64,000 nt of DNA from Mayamaea pseudoterrestris (taxonomy: Eukaryota). The stretch is taken from contig BROI01000001.1 in the NCBI GenBank assembly GCA_027923505.1, forward strand, positions 1,488,001 through 1,552,000, in the 5' to 3' direction. This document shows, in pieces, positions 21,292 through 33,097 of this stretch (within the stretch, counting starts at the first letter, position 1; each line of letters begins with the position of its first letter). Under the pieces are notes generated by a model, which was given only the letters and a program-made list of their open reading frames with translations, searched no databases and was not told where the DNA came from. The position numbers were made by a program, and so were the translations under genes.

Positions 21292-24239
21292 ATGACGAGT
21301 ACTAGGAGTGAAGCAATAGAGACAAAGGACAACGCTTCTGGAGAGAACAATCTAGAAAGTATTAGTTGTAATACGAGTGGAGCAGCATTTCCGGCTGGCG
21401 AGACCGCATCAGAATTAGCATCAGCGTCAGCAATCAGCACCAGCAGCAACGCGAACACAAACAAGGACGCCGTGACTCTCAGCAGCGCCACCACTACCGA
21501 GTCGACGAATGCTGCAGACGACATTGACTCGTCCGACAAGGGCAGCAGCAGTCACGGCTATTCCGCCGACGGGAGTGCGTCGGATCAGTCGTCCGATTCC
21601 GGCGGATCAGCGATGAAGAAGCTTTCGGTGCATCGGCTTGATTTGTCGCAGCGAGAGTCGTCGGAAGATGAATATGATGACGATTATGAAGATTTCGAGT
21701 CTCATGCGTTCAGGAAATTGGAAAAGGATCGACGCTCCATGCGGACCATGGATGAGCGAGAATCCTTGCGAAGAATGCCGCAATGTACTGCTGCTGCTGA
21801 AAATGGGCATGGAGACAAGAATCAACCAACGAGCAGCAATGATAGGCATAGATACGAATACGAGCACGCCTATCATCAAAGGCATGTCTCATCCAGTCGC
21901 AACGACAGTCATGTGAACAATGATCAAAACGACCACTTGTATTTGGAACATTTGCTACGTTCCACCAAGCAGCTCTTTCACGACCACCTCCCGTGGCAGC
22001 TTCCAGCACTGCCGCAGTACAATGGCGTGCGACTGTCGAGCATCATGGATCCGCGCTTTTCACTCAATATGCAGCAGGCGGCGCAAACGTTGGCGCAGCA
22101 GGCGAGCATGCTGGCGGAGGGAGCAAACGTTGCCTCAGCGACGCAGCAGCAGCAGCAGCAGTCGTTTCAACATTACCTGAGACTGCTGGAGGTATGTTTT
22201 CTTATGTGTGAAGCGAGTTTTGAATGCGCACTGTCATGCTTGAGATATAAAACGTTGTACTAACCATAATACAATTCATTCTTCAGATGTGCCATCCATT
22301 CTACAGGGATCCGTTGGGACAGCCACTGGTGCACGCGCCAAACGAAGGAGGGTCCGAGCAGCTTTCGTCTGAAGGTTTTACTTCGTACTTTACCACGACG
22401 CATAGCAGCAACAATGGATCAAGCTCGGATGGAGACAAGAACAATCAGAAGAATAATGGTAGCAACGGCAGTCCAAACAACAAGAAGAGTAATGACAATG
22501 ACGCTCACAACAATCACCATGACGACGACGGAGCAAGCAGTAGCAAGAATGACTCTATGAATCAGCAGCAACAAGCTACTTCGAGCGATGCTTCCACGCG
22601 AGACTCCATGGAGCGACTGGAGGAGGCTGACTTGCATGGACAACAGCAAGCGTTGGAGGAGCAAGCCGCCGTGGACAACATGGCGGCGGCAGCGAACCAT
22701 GACAGCAGCATGTCGTCCGAGTCTTCCGGATCATCGCGCGTGGAACAACGCTTCAACACTGGTGCTCGCATGGTCACCGAGTCGTCGTCGGGCGGAGCAA
22801 ACACCAATTCAGCCTCGGGAAGCACGATGAATAATGCTAGTAGCACAAGTAATCTTGGTAGCTCGGGGAGTAACAATGACAAGGGAAGTAGCGAAGAAGG
22901 AAAGGGAACTGGGAGTAGCGAGGATGTTGCTGCCAAGGAAGGTGACGGCATAAACGATGGGTCCGATGAATTGGATCGATCTGCAAATGAAGATGATGTA
23001 GAATTACACAATTACGAGGCAGCTTCCGACCAAGATGTTGTTAGGAAAGAACAAGCCGATATGGAAACAAAGGGTGCTACGAGGGAGCGCAAGCTGCAGG
23101 ACAAGAAGCGAAAGCGCATTGAAATGCGACGCGAATACGAAGCGCAGCAGCAGTCCGAGTCGTCGGCATCCACCGCACCGTCGAGTCGAGTTGAAGACAT
23201 GTTGCGGCCTGGCCGCCCTTGTACGCTTGAGCAGGTGCTGCAATTTAGTAAAGTTGCAAGGTACGTCAATGACTTGAGTACATCCATTTTGTTGCATCTT
23301 TAATATCTTTATCTCACAAAATTAACGCTTTACTCTTACAGAATTCTTGTCCAATCACAACCTCCATTCCTTGTTGTGCATACGAATGCTGCATACACTC
23401 GGCTCACGGGCATTGACTCACATCGAATTGTTGGAAAGCCCATCAGAGAGCTGCTGTCAATCGACGTTCCTCGTGGACATCATAAAGATCACGACGCGAC
23501 TCCAAGCCAGCAACAGTTACAACAGCAGGAAGGCCAAGATACTTCCTCTATCTCAGAAAATAGCCGCGATGTTGAACGCAACCAAAAGATTGTTTGCCTT
23601 GAACGCCTAGTCGCGTCCAGCGGTTTTGGCAAGCTACATGACATTCTTGTAAATTCCGCGTCCCAACATCTTATCGGAAGCAGTGTCACATTTTATCAAA
23701 CTACAAATACGGAAGAAAATTGTGATCGCGGCAACGGGAAAGTTACAGCTGTTAGTTTTAACGGTGGACGAAGTCACTTTGTCAGGTGCACATCATCTAT
23801 TGCGCCTGTTGCCTCGACATTTGTTGCAGAAGAATCCTTTGTCGTAACTGACAGAGAAGGAGCAGCAGACGCGCACAAACCAAAGCAGATGAGACACGCT
23901 GCCGAGCAGGATCTTCGGTCCGAGCGCCAACCGTTGTCGATGGCTGCAGACAGTTCTTCACAAAGGTATTCGCATCAAACCATGTCAGCCGTCACGCATT
24001 TTGTCATACAATTGTGCGCATCTGATGGCAAGCAACATGAGACGGAGCAGTCAATGTCATCTTGCTCGACATCAGTGCAGGCTCGCCTTTTGGGATTGTC
24101 CAAGAGCATGCTCAAAGCCCAGAGGCTTGTGACAAATCAAGAGGTAGTTGGCATGGAATTGGGGAACGACGAGGCCGAAGGCGAAAACCATTCTGATTCG
24201 ACGGCGCATACGAAACAAGCACTGACGGCGGTAGGCTAG
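21292..24239 (+). CDS. PAS-like domain protein B with Ser/Asn/Gln-rich regions, 3 exons (21292-22191, 22287-23260, 23342-24239)
   Basis: Spliced TLEQVLQFSKVARILVQSQPPFLVVHTNAAYTRLTGIDSHRIVGKPI is PAS-like; canonical introns; ends TAVG*. Confidence 0.75.
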
Positions 24240-24261
24240 ATTATGAATTACTTACGTTAGA

Positions 24262-27200
24262 TTAATTCCTATTATTTAGATCGATCGATAGGCCACACTC
24301 AACCACGTCTCCTAGTTCCGGAAAAACATCCAGCCACAGCATGTCCATCAGTATATAAAAAATGCTCTTGACAACGAGACGATTTTGTAGCATCTCGTGA
24401 AGCATGTTCAAGCCGTCTCGCGTCAATTCTTTTCCGAGAACAGAACGGATTTGCTCGGGGAAGCTGCTGTGTAATGCATCCATAGCCTGGCGTGATTGAT
24501 CTCTCAGCTCTTCGGGTGATGATGGCGCGGCCTTTGAAAAGAATTCACCGTCTGGCCAAATCAGATTGAGCGCGAACGCGATCCAGTCAGCCACAGCGTC
24601 TGCGCTGAGCTTCTCGCAATGAAGGCGATATAGTGTCCTCTTGAACTCACTGCCAGTTGTCACCGCAAAGGACATGGTTTTTAGGGCTGTAAGCATCCGG
24701 TTTCGTACAAAAGAAGCATTTTCAAAACCAAAAAGATGGTGAAGAAGTTCGAATAATTGTCTTCGAACGAATGCGAGTGGAACCTTGCTGATTTTGCTTT
24801 CAATCGCGGGTATCATGTTCGACTTTCGTTCTCGATCGTCATCGTCATAATCATCAAGGAACTCATCGTCATCCTGCAGATCATCTGTATCGTCAGTCGT
24901 ATCAGCATCTCGTCGCGTACCACCACTCTTCGCCCCTAATTGTTCAACCACTGTCTGGTCCATTTTGACACTAGCAAGCCGGCTTTGAATCACCTTTCGC
25001 GACATCTCAGTACGACCTAAAGGATCTGCCACGCCAAGTACCACCTGATTCGGCAAAATCTCCGACGGTAAAGGATACACTGCACCAAGAAAGATGAGCA
25101 GCTCCGTGCACCTGTTTAACAAGTGTCGCGGAGCGAGCAAGACGTTGAGGTAACCGTCGAGAGCTTCTTTTCGCTTTTGCAAAAGCTTCTTAGCAGGTCC
25201 TAGCGACGCCTTTGAGGCCTGTCCTAGCGATGGAATCAATGCCACACGTTGTCGGCTTCTGGCAACGCCGGATGCGCCAGCTACAGCAGCACCGGCTGCA
25301 AAAGCAGCAGTTGCAGCCCCGACCAAACGAGTGCCGGCATTGCCAGACGATTCAGTGACAGCAACTTGAGCTTTCAAATGCTTATGAAATTTGTTAAAAT
25401 CGTCGTATGAACGCAGAACAACCCACTCCTCGCGCATCGTCTTGGCTATAGAGCCGTCAGGCGCTTGAAACGTCGGATCGCCTCTGAGTTCGCTACTTAG
25501 AGCGTAGATGTCAACGACTGCCTGACACCGAATCTTGTACATTGTATCTGATGCTCCAAAAAGACCATTTCCTTGACCTTTTGTAGATTCTACAACATCC
25601 TCGATCGTCGCCGTCAATTCGCGAATGACTGTCGGATATCTTGGGTCCAAAAGGCCATTGCGACGGAGCTGCTCCCTGTCAATATGATTAACCCCAACTT
25701 TCAGGTCGCGGAGAAGAACAGACTGTTTCTCTCGAATTCGACTACTAGCATATTCAAGTACTTTGGCGGTAGATTTCAAGCGCTGGTCCGTCAATACTTT
25801 CGTAGCCTTCTTGACAGACCCAGCACGAACGCAAGCAAGCAGATTTTGTAATTGCGCTTCGTGCCTCGCTGATGTGACAAGAAGAGCAGCACGAACAAAC
25901 GAGACACGATACGGCTTGATCTCAACCTGGCTATCATTCTCTGCCCTATTGAACTTCATCCAAAGAATAGGATAGCCATCTTCGCCCATCTCAACGACAT
26001 TCTTCAATGTACCGTCAGATGACTCTCCCTTGCTCCCCAGTTCATGTCCCAGTACATTTAGTGCAGCGCTTAATGTGGCATCGGACAACTCGAGCGAACT
26101 TGCCTCTGCACGATGAGTCCCAAGTGAAGACGAATCATTTACAGTGAAATGTTTGCCGCCGAGCTCAATCATGGGCCGTTCGAAAAGCGACAGTCGATAG
26201 ACGAAATCAATGGCCCTGCCTGAACGTGGCATTAGATTAAAATCAGTTGGCTCCAAAATCGAACTGGACATGATGCCTTGTGTGCGATTTGTTCCTTTGG
26301 GAGTCCATCGCTGGCAAAGGTGTCTTTCGTTTAAAAACTCGTTTGAGAGCAACGGCGCTGATCGCGACTGCCCAACCGTGATCGTGTCAGGAATTGGCCC
26401 AGTACCTCGCCGTTGGTCCAACTTGCGCGCGCTACCTTCTTGCAAAGCCACTGTTGCCGTGCGATCTATAGGGAAGTAGCGAACCAAGCAACTTCGGACA
26501 AACCTTCCGCCAGCATAATGCTCCGTTCTATTCAATGCAGGTTCATCGTAGGTAGCAGCAAAACATTTGAAGCTCTGGTCATGATTGCGTTGATCACGGT
26601 GCACTCCTACCGCATTCAATGGACGCGGCTGAGCTCTCAGCAAAAAAGAGGAATCATCATCCGGTATTTCAATCCGGCGTCGCGCGGATGATGTTTCAAC
26701 AGTCAGCAGGGAGACAGGGATGGATACTTCACTTGCCACAGACTCCGTCTGCGACGATGATTCGTCAACTTGTCTCTTGTTCCGCGCCGCATCTCGTATT
26801 GCAATCATATTTGTGCCACTGTAAAATATTCTTGCAAGGTGATGCAACTCCTTGTGAAGCGCAGCGTCTCTTTCAGATGCCTGGGCATGGCATAGCACTG
26901 GAAGCCCTTCGTTAGTCACATCGTCATCAACAACATGCTGCCAGGAACGTAATCGACGTTCGCGCTCGGCTCGGAGGCTGGCAGCAAATGATTCATTGCG
27001 ATTAAAGTCTAGATACCGAGGCGTCGAAGACGTCGTCATTTGCTGAACGCGTATAATGGAGGAGGATGTCATGGAAGTAGCTTTCGACGACGTTTGCACA
27101 GACTTCTTAACCAAGGCATTCAAATCCTCGCGATTCGTCTCATCCAACCGCGGAGCTGATAGCACCATCATCGTATCAACCAAAATTTCAACACCATCAA

Positions 27201-29913
27201 GCGCCTTCAGCTGTCGAACAAATCCATTTGCATTCGCAGCACTACGGAGAAATGCACTTTCGGCAAAGTAGGGGGCCAACACAGATGTGTGTGCTTGTAC
27301 CAAGACTGTAATCACACGATAAATTTGGCCAGTGTGCAGCCATGCAGCGATCAATGTTCTAAGAGTCGACTGCTCCGTGGCGGAAACCTTGTACTCTTCC
27401 AACTCCATTGCATCAAACCTTGCAAGTTGCTCAGCCGACTGAAATGTGTTCTCCTTTGCAACGCGTTCCTCAAAGGCATCTAAATCACTGGTAAGCTCCA
27501 TTAAAATTTGCGACAGCGAAGTAAACTCAAACTCTGGCAGGCTTAACTCAACAGCTTCTTCTGTAACTGCAACATTGTCGTCCTCGTCACTAAGATCCAC
27601 CACTCCATCGTTGATTGCCGCCTCATCAACTTCCTCCGGCGGTGCAACTGGCTTGTACGTGCACCTTCCATTCGTCAAAGTTTGTTCGACAACCAAGACT
27701 AGACGCAAAATAGCTTCCCGGCATCCAGAGTCATCCCAATCAATGTTCACAGGTTCATTCTGCGATTTCAGCAACCGAAAGTCTTCAAAGTCAACGTACT
27801 GCTGCAGGTCGATCAACGTCACGGCCAGAAGGCTATTCACCTTGTCACCAGACTCGTCCAGTGTCTGTGCAGGTGATTCGTCGACAAAGTCAACCGTCTT
27901 GTCGTCGGAATCTACGCGATGGAGTGCGGCTGACTGGTCATCGTGAGTGGCATGGTCGCCAACTGCAGCATTTCCGTCCGGTTGTGTTGCTGCGCCTTCC
28001 TCCGTTTCGACACCAGCATTGGTTTGCTCCGATTCGTTTCGCGTCAATGCAGTTTCATCAGGCGCTTCCACTCCATCGAGTGATAAACTAGCAGCAGCAA
28101 CGTTGCTTTCTACAACTGCAGCATCAACCGTCGTCGACACTGTACTACTACTCAACCCCGCCACGATCCAACTGTTCAAATACTCGGGACAAAAGCAGCT
28201 CATGAGCGGCGGCAGCACCGACTGCCCCAAAATTTCCGTCAATATGGACGACAAAATGTTGCTGCCAAAGTCGTTGCGGGCGAGCAAGGCGCGCACCATG
28301 CGATGGGCCAAGACGCGGTTGTAGTCAATCTCGCACTCGCTCAAGAGTCCTGTGCGAAACAAGCGCTCCTCGAGCAGCTTGTCTTGATCCATCTTGGAAT
28401 GAGCGTCACTACTTGTTGTTGCATTACCATCGGCACTGTTGTCATGTTCATTCGGCCATCCACACTCCTTGCCTTGTGCGTCGGCAAAGAGCAACGACGG
28501 AACATCCACACCAAAGGTAACCGCCTTGTGCAATTTCCCAGATAGCAAAAACTCCTTGGCCATTTGCATCTCCGTGGGAGCAACGTCTGGCAATAGTAAA
28601 AGAGTGGATGTGGCATGATGCGACTTGTGCTTGGTCGTTACACAGCGCCGCAGCGTCCGATAGACTTGAAACGTGTGCGTCAGCACCTTGGTCACTTTGA
28701 GCAGCAGCAGCTCCAACACATTGACATGCTCCACGCGCGTCGCCAAATTGCCAAAGACAATCGTCATGGACTGGTACAGTTGCTCCATGATAGCAACGTT
28801 GCGATATGGATTCAGTTGGTATACCATGCGACGAGCGTGTGCGGTTGGTGATGCCTCGACGTTTTGCTGCTGCTGCATGCCACCGGCATTGCATGCATCG
28901 TCGCTACTCGTGTCATTTCCATTCACCTTCACAGCCGGTTTTATCAATTTCCCCGTCTCCACATCATAAGGACTAACGCAGCCAACGTCCAACTTGCAGC
29001 ACCACGTGGCGCAAAAGTCGCGCAGCACGTAGTCCATGAGCATTCCCAATTGTCGCGAGATTGCCAGTGGCAGCATGGGATACATGGTTTGCAGCAAATT
29101 CAGCGGCTTGGCTCCGTCGTAGCTGTAATTGCTGTTGTGAGTAAAGAAGGAGTCGTTGCTCCGTAACACTTGTCCTCGTAGACAATGGTTGCGGACCGTA
29201 TCGTAGCCAGCCAGGCGCATGAGACTATCGTACGTTTGTTCGTGGTTCATGGCGATTTGCGAGTCTTTGAATGTGGAGCGCAGCAATGATGATGACTTGG
29301 CGTTACTAATACTCTTGGACATAGACGCTCGACTCGTCATGCCGCCTCCTTCTATATCATTTTTACGACGCATTTCCATGTCACGCTCCTTCCAGAGCGT
29401 CAAAGCGTCGTAAACATGCGCCGCAAAGCCAAGGCCGAGTCCCACGCCAAGAGTAACGCCGAGCGTCTGCCGCACGAGCGATAACATGGAAAAGAATAAC
29501 GAAGTGATCATGTTTGGTGGCGGATGAATAGTGCTTGTAGCTGCTGACTCGCTTGGACTTGCTCGTCTGCTGCTCCGGAATGCCATGATTATGGCTGCCG
29601 CCAGCACCAGCAGCGAAAGTGGAACCAAAACTCCATGCTTGAGTACGAGCGCATCCATTGGCGCCTGCAAATTCGCCGACTGCAGCAGCGGACGAACCGG
29701 CTGGTACCAGCCTGGCCAATTGTTACTGTCTTGGTCTTGGTCTTGGTCCTGCTGCTGCAATGGAGCTTGTTCCTCACTAGTAGGAATTTCTACTAAATCA
29801 TCCTGCGGCGGATCGTCCGTGTCATTGACGCTTGGAATATTCATTGCTTCGTCATTGTCAGTCTCCATATTGCTAGCGTCCGCGTCTACTGGCGCCTCCT
29901 CCTTCGCCGCCAT
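24262..29913 (-). CDS. PXA-PX-Nexin_C sorting nexin (SNX13/14/25, Mdm1-like)
   Basis: Two N-terminal TM segments, PXA-like LMDYVLRDFCATW, PX-like WVVLRSYDDFNKFHKHLK...RKEALDGYL, Nexin_C-like LIWPDG...LQNRLVVKSIFYILMDMLWLDVFPEL; intronless; likely ATG 29913. Confidence 0.85.
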   Translation of the reverse strand: MAAKEEAPVDADASNMETDNDEAMNIPSVNDTDDPPQDDLVEIPTSEEQAPLQQQDQDQDQDSNNWPGWYQPVRPLLQSANLQAPMDALVLKHGVLVPLSLLVLAAAIIMAFRSSRRASPSESAATSTIHPPPNMITSLFFSMLSLVRQTLGVTLGVGLGLGFAAHVYDALTLWKERDMEMRRKNDIEGGGMTSRASMSKSISNAKSSSLLRSTFKDSQIAMNHEQTYDSLMRLAGYDTVRNHCLRGQVLRSNDSFFTHNSNYSYDGAKPLNLLQTMYPMLPLAISRQLGMLMDYVLRDFCATWCCKLDVGCVSPYDVETGKLIKPAVKVNGNDTSSDDACNAGGMQQQQNVEASPTAHARRMVYQLNPYRNVAIMEQLYQSMTIVFGNLATRVEHVNVLELLLLKVTKVLTHTFQVYRTLRRCVTTKHKSHHATSTLLLLPDVAPTEMQMAKEFLLSGKLHKAVTFGVDVPSLLFADAQGKECGWPNEHDNSADGNATTSSDAHSKMDQDKLLEERLFRTGLLSECEIDYNRVLAHRMVRALLARNDFGSNILSSILTEILGQSVLPPLMSCFCPEYLNSWIVAGLSSSTVSTTVDAAVVESNVAAASLSLDGVEAPDETALTRNESEQTNAGVETEEGAATQPDGNAAVGDHATHDDQSAALHRVDSDDKTVDFVDESPAQTLDESGDKVNSLLAVTLIDLQQYVDFEDFRLLKSQNEPVNIDWDDSGCREAILRLVLVVEQTLTNGRCTYKPVAPPEEVDEAAINDGVVDLSDEDDNVAVTEEAVELSLPEFEFTSLSQILMELTSDLDAFEERVAKENTFQSAEQLARFDAMELEEYKVSATEQSTLRTLIAAWLHTGQIYRVITVLVQAHTSVLAPYFAESAFLRSAANANGFVRQLKALDGVEILVDTMMVLSAPRLDETNREDLNALVKKSVQTSSKATSMTSSSIIRVQQMTTSSTPRYLDFNRNESFAASLRAERERRLRSWQHVVDDDVTNEGLPVLCHAQASERDAALHKELHHLARIFYSGTNMIAIRDAARNKRQVDESSSQTESVASEVSIPVSLLTVETSSARRRIEIPDDDSSFLLRAQPRPLNAVGVHRDQRNHDQSFKCFAATYDEPALNRTEHYAGGRFVRSCLVRYFPIDRTATVALQEGSARKLDQRRGTGPIPDTITVGQSRSAPLLSNEFLNERHLCQRWTPKGTNRTQGIMSSSILEPTDFNLMPRSGRAIDFVYRLSLFERPMIELGGKHFTVNDSSSLGTHRAEASSLELSDATLSAALNVLGHELGSKGESSDGTLKNVVEMGEDGYPILWMKFNRAENDSQVEIKPYRVSFVRAALLVTSARHEAQLQNLLACVRAGSVKKATKVLTDQRLKSTAKVLEYASSRIREKQSVLLRDLKVGVNHIDREQLRRNGLLDPRYPTVIRELTATIEDVVESTKGQGNGLFGASDTMYKIRCQAVVDIYALSSELRGDPTFQAPDGSIAKTMREEWVVLRSYDDFNKFHKHLKAQVAVTESSGNAGTRLVGAATAAFAAGAAVAGASGVARSRQRVALIPSLGQASKASLGPAKKLLQKRKEALDGYLNVLLAPRHLLNRCTELLIFLGAVYPLPSEILPNQVVLGVADPLGRTEMSRKVIQSRLASVKMDQTVVEQLGAKSGGTRRDADTTDDTDDLQDDDEFLDDYDDDDRERKSNMIPAIESKISKVPLAFVRRQLFELLHHLFGFENASFVRNRMLTALKTMSFAVTTGSEFKRTLYRLHCEKLSADAVADWIAFALNLIWPDGEFFSKAAPSSPEELRDQSRQAMDALHSSFPEQIRSVLGKELTRDGLNMLHEMLQNRLVVKSIFYILMDMLWLDVFPELGDVVECGLSIDLNNRN

Positions 29914-30404
29914 GGTGACATGGGCCGGCGTGTTTTTGTGCGGCCACATCCAAACGACATAGTTTAGCTTCTTCGAGTACCGCTGCGACCGTTCAATATG
30001 CGCTGCGACATGGACTACTATGGCATAGTTGTAGGATGCAGAACCATGTGTACCATTGTACACACATACCGCATGATACAGTGTTTTACTTTTGGCGCAT
30101 ATAGAAAACCTTCCAGTGGATCGCTCGTCGGCGCAACAACAATCGCTGCAAGATGATATAAGTTGGCTGGTGAAACTCTCAAATCCGAAGGACCGTCGCA
30201 TGTGCTGCGAGTCACTAACATGATCTGACGTCTGTCTGACTAAAATATTCTACGAGTACAAAGGCACTTGCGCTTTAAGAGTGAGGGTGCGTTATAAAGA
30301 CACACGTTTGGATAGTTTGTAAATGTTAAGCGACAAAAGCAGTGTGCAGGGGCTACGGAGACAGCCTTTGTCGAATTCATATGTAAATAACATGTAGCAG
30401 AATG

Positions 30405-30405
<1 letters not shown>

Positions 30406-30465
<60 letters not shown>
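30406..30465 (+). repeat. (CAG)20 microsatellite
   Basis: Direct reading; lies just 3' of the minus-strand gene at 30497-30781. Confidence 0.97.
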
Positions 30466-30467
<2 letters not shown>

Positions 30468-30496
30468 TCGCCAATCACTTTAACAGCCTGTCGTCT

Positions 30497-30781
30497 CTAC
30501 CAACCATTGTCAATGGTAGTTGACGACTCCTCGCCCAAGCTCATGATTCGTTCAAATTCGTCTTCAATATCATCAACGGAACGAAAATTCTTGCGATTCT
30601 CTGTGGCAGACGGCTGCCGAGATCTATTTCTCCTCATGATTGGATTGCTGACGGATGCGTTTTGGTTCACAATGAAATCCTTGCTAACGCTGCCATGCTT
30701 TTCGTTCTCGGCAATGGTTTTTTCGAACGACGCGCGTCGCTTGGCGATGAATGAACCGAGAGACTTTTTGTTGCTTGACAT
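30497..30781 (-). CDS. small hypothetical protein (MSSNKKSLGSFIAKRRASFEK...)
   Basis: ORF conserved in the duplicate at 57732-58025 with a frame-preserving indel and synonymous changes. Confidence 0.75.
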   Translation of the reverse strand: MSSNKKSLGSFIAKRRASFEKTIAENEKHGSVSKDFIVNQNASVSNPIMRRNRSRQPSATENRKNFRSVDDIEDEFERIMSLGEESSTTIDNGW

Positions 30782-31399
30782 TCGAATACCAATAGTGGGT
30801 TGTGCAGTAGAGAGGAAGTTGCGGGGACTGAGTGTCTGAGGATTTTGAGCAAAAGCAAAATTGAGACGGTGAGATTTGTTGTGCGATCCAAGGGGCATAG
30901 CTTCGTCTGCCAATCTCAACAAGTGCTATGATTGGATCATATATCTATTGCCTCCAGTCGTGCAAGACCTGAATGTCGATCGGAGGTCATTAGATCCTTT
31001 AAGCGGTCTCCGTTACATATGCATGACATTTACTAATGCAGTCATTTGTGGTTGATTTATCTTTGAGGCAATACCCACAAATGACTTTGCTCGTGCTATG
31101 CACCTTTTAATGGCATTACAATCAACCGCGATGAACAAATAATATATGAAGGAACTTGGAAAGTCAGCTAATATAAAACTACGCTTTTGTTACGAACACC
31201 CCCAAAGTAGCTTCCCTCAACCAGGGCTTGCAAGCTTATTCAGCTTGCAAATGGAAGATTAACCGAGAGGGTTACTAAGACCCTTCTGCATGTTCACATA
31301 GTTTCTGTAAAATACAAGCTACGAGTAAGTATTATCGCATTTATACATTACAATGTCAATATCTGTTTACATTACATCAAGAAGGCACATCCAGAACAC

Positions 31400-32551
31400 T
31401 TATAATGGTGTGGAAAGTTCCGACGAGCTTCCGCTGAAAATAGCCATTCGATCCTTGATACTCATGCGCGGCGAGCTTCGAACACTTTCCAGTTCCTGCT
31501 GCAAGCGATTGCCGCTTGTTTCTGCTGTTGCCGTCCGCCGACTATTGGCAATGGCGCGTTGCTGAGACTCCCAGGATGGCATGACGCGGTCGGAGCTTTT
31601 GATGCGCTGGACCCGCCGCATGCGAGACTCGCGCTTCTCTCCAAACCCACTATCAAAGTTGGCGTAGCGTTCATCCTTGTCCATGCTTGACGTTTTGTTC
31701 GTGTGTTTGTACCGACGAACGTCAGCGGGTGCAGTGTGAACAGAAAGGTTCAAGTCGTTGATTACCAAGTTGCTGCTACAAGCCTCCACTGCAGCACTCT
31801 CATGCACCTCCTCCTCCTGGACAATTTTGGCACAATCCTTTTTGCGTCGACTATTCGCAATCGCCCTCTGCTGCGATTCCAGTGACGGCATGACACGGTC
31901 GGAGCTGTTGATGCGCTGCACCCGGTGCATGCGCGACTCGCGCTTCTCGCCAAAGCCACTGTCAAAGTTGGCGTACCGGTCGTTCCTGTCGATTGGTGTT
32001 GTTTTCTTGGGACTCATGGCGTAGCGCGAAACGCAAGCGGGCGCTGTGTGAATGGAAATGTTCAAATCGTTGTTGTTGTTGTAGCTGCCATAATGCTTAT
32101 GCGTCGGTGAACGCGTCGTTGGAAGGGGATCAGAGTCGCTCAGTTCATCCGTATGTTCGGTTTCCGTAATGTCCTCCAGCTCCAATCGCTTCAGCGAATC
32201 TTCAAAGTTCTTCTTGTTTTGAACAATCACTGGAGGAGCGATTGGCTCAACGTTCTTCTTGGGTGATTTCTTGGCGGAAGACTCCTTCTTCTTCTTGCTT
32301 GAATCGTCGTGCTGCTGCTTCTTTGGTGACTTGACAGTCTGCTGACTCTGCTTGCGCTGACTGCTGCAAAAGGCGGGAGGAGCTTCCGACATATCCGAAC
32401 CCCGACGCGTGGGTCGTTGCGGAGCAATTGAAGTCTTGTCGCTCCGCCGTAAACCAAAGGTGCTGACGGCGCGAGGATCGTCTCCAGTTTCGCAGGCGGT
32501 GCTCCAGCGATTGTCCGTGGCGTTATGAGACATGACAGCAGTTGATGGCAT
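31400..32551 (-). CDS. hypothetical protein with a two-copy ~75 aa internal repeat
   Basis: NDLN.S.HTAPA...RYANFDSGFGEKRESRM.RVQRI.SSDRVMPS.ESQQRAIANSRR twice (31844-32071, 31535-31759). Confidence 0.75.
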   Translation of the reverse strand: MPSTAVMSHNATDNRWSTACETGDDPRAVSTFGLRRSDKTSIAPQRPTRRGSDMSEAPPAFCSSQRKQSQQTVKSPKKQQHDDSSKKKKESSAKKSPKKNVEPIAPPVIVQNKKNFEDSLKRLELEDITETEHTDELSDSDPLPTTRSPTHKHYGSYNNNNDLNISIHTAPACVSRYAMSPKKTTPIDRNDRYANFDSGFGEKRESRMHRVQRINSSDRVMPSLESQQRAIANSRRKKDCAKIVQEEEVHESAAVEACSSNLVINDLNLSVHTAPADVRRYKHTNKTSSMDKDERYANFDSGFGEKRESRMRRVQRIKSSDRVMPSWESQQRAIANSRRTATAETSGNRLQQELESVRSSPRMSIKDRMAIFSGSSSELSTPL

Positions 32552-33097
32552 AATTGATGGCAAAGGATTGAGTCAGTGAGGTAGCTGCAGAATTTTTGGC
32601 AAACTAGGTCTTGTTGTGATTGAGAATGAACTATGGCCAAGTGCGGAGGCGAACATACCCAGTCGCTCGACGATGAACCAGTGAGCAGGACAAAAACGGG
32701 ACGGAGTCGCGCGCCATCGGAGTCATTCTTGGTCACAAGGCTTATTTACAACTGACACGACAACGGAGTATTGTTAGTCTCAGGCGTAAATGATATTTAA
32801 ATCAGAATGAAATGTCTGTGGGCAATACTATAGTGGGACCGGCTCGCTCGATGTAAAGCAGCTCCGCATAAAATCACCGTCGCCAAGGATTAATTTGCCG
32901 CCAGAGCAAGAATGCTATAGAAAAAGCATCTACCGCTAGCCCTACTTTGAATGGAAAAAGAAAGTCGAAAAGTCTTTAAAATTCGTCGGTTTTACTTGCC
33001 CGTATGCGGGTAGCCTAACCAATTTGATGCTGCGAACAAAACATCCTCTATTGGGCCACTGCGGAAGTTAATGCTTACGACTCGCTCACCAACAATG

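Larger units (their letters stand above)
27856..30975. repeat. segmental duplication, copy 1 (5' part of sorting nexin, intergenic DNA, small gene)
   Basis: Collinear and in the same orientation as 55104-58217; clear DNA and protein alignment. Confidence 0.92.

Noticed and set aside
30292..30839. Poly-Leu and poly-Ala ORFs
   Set aside because: By-products of the CAG tract; the poly-Ala ORF is antisense to the conserved small gene.
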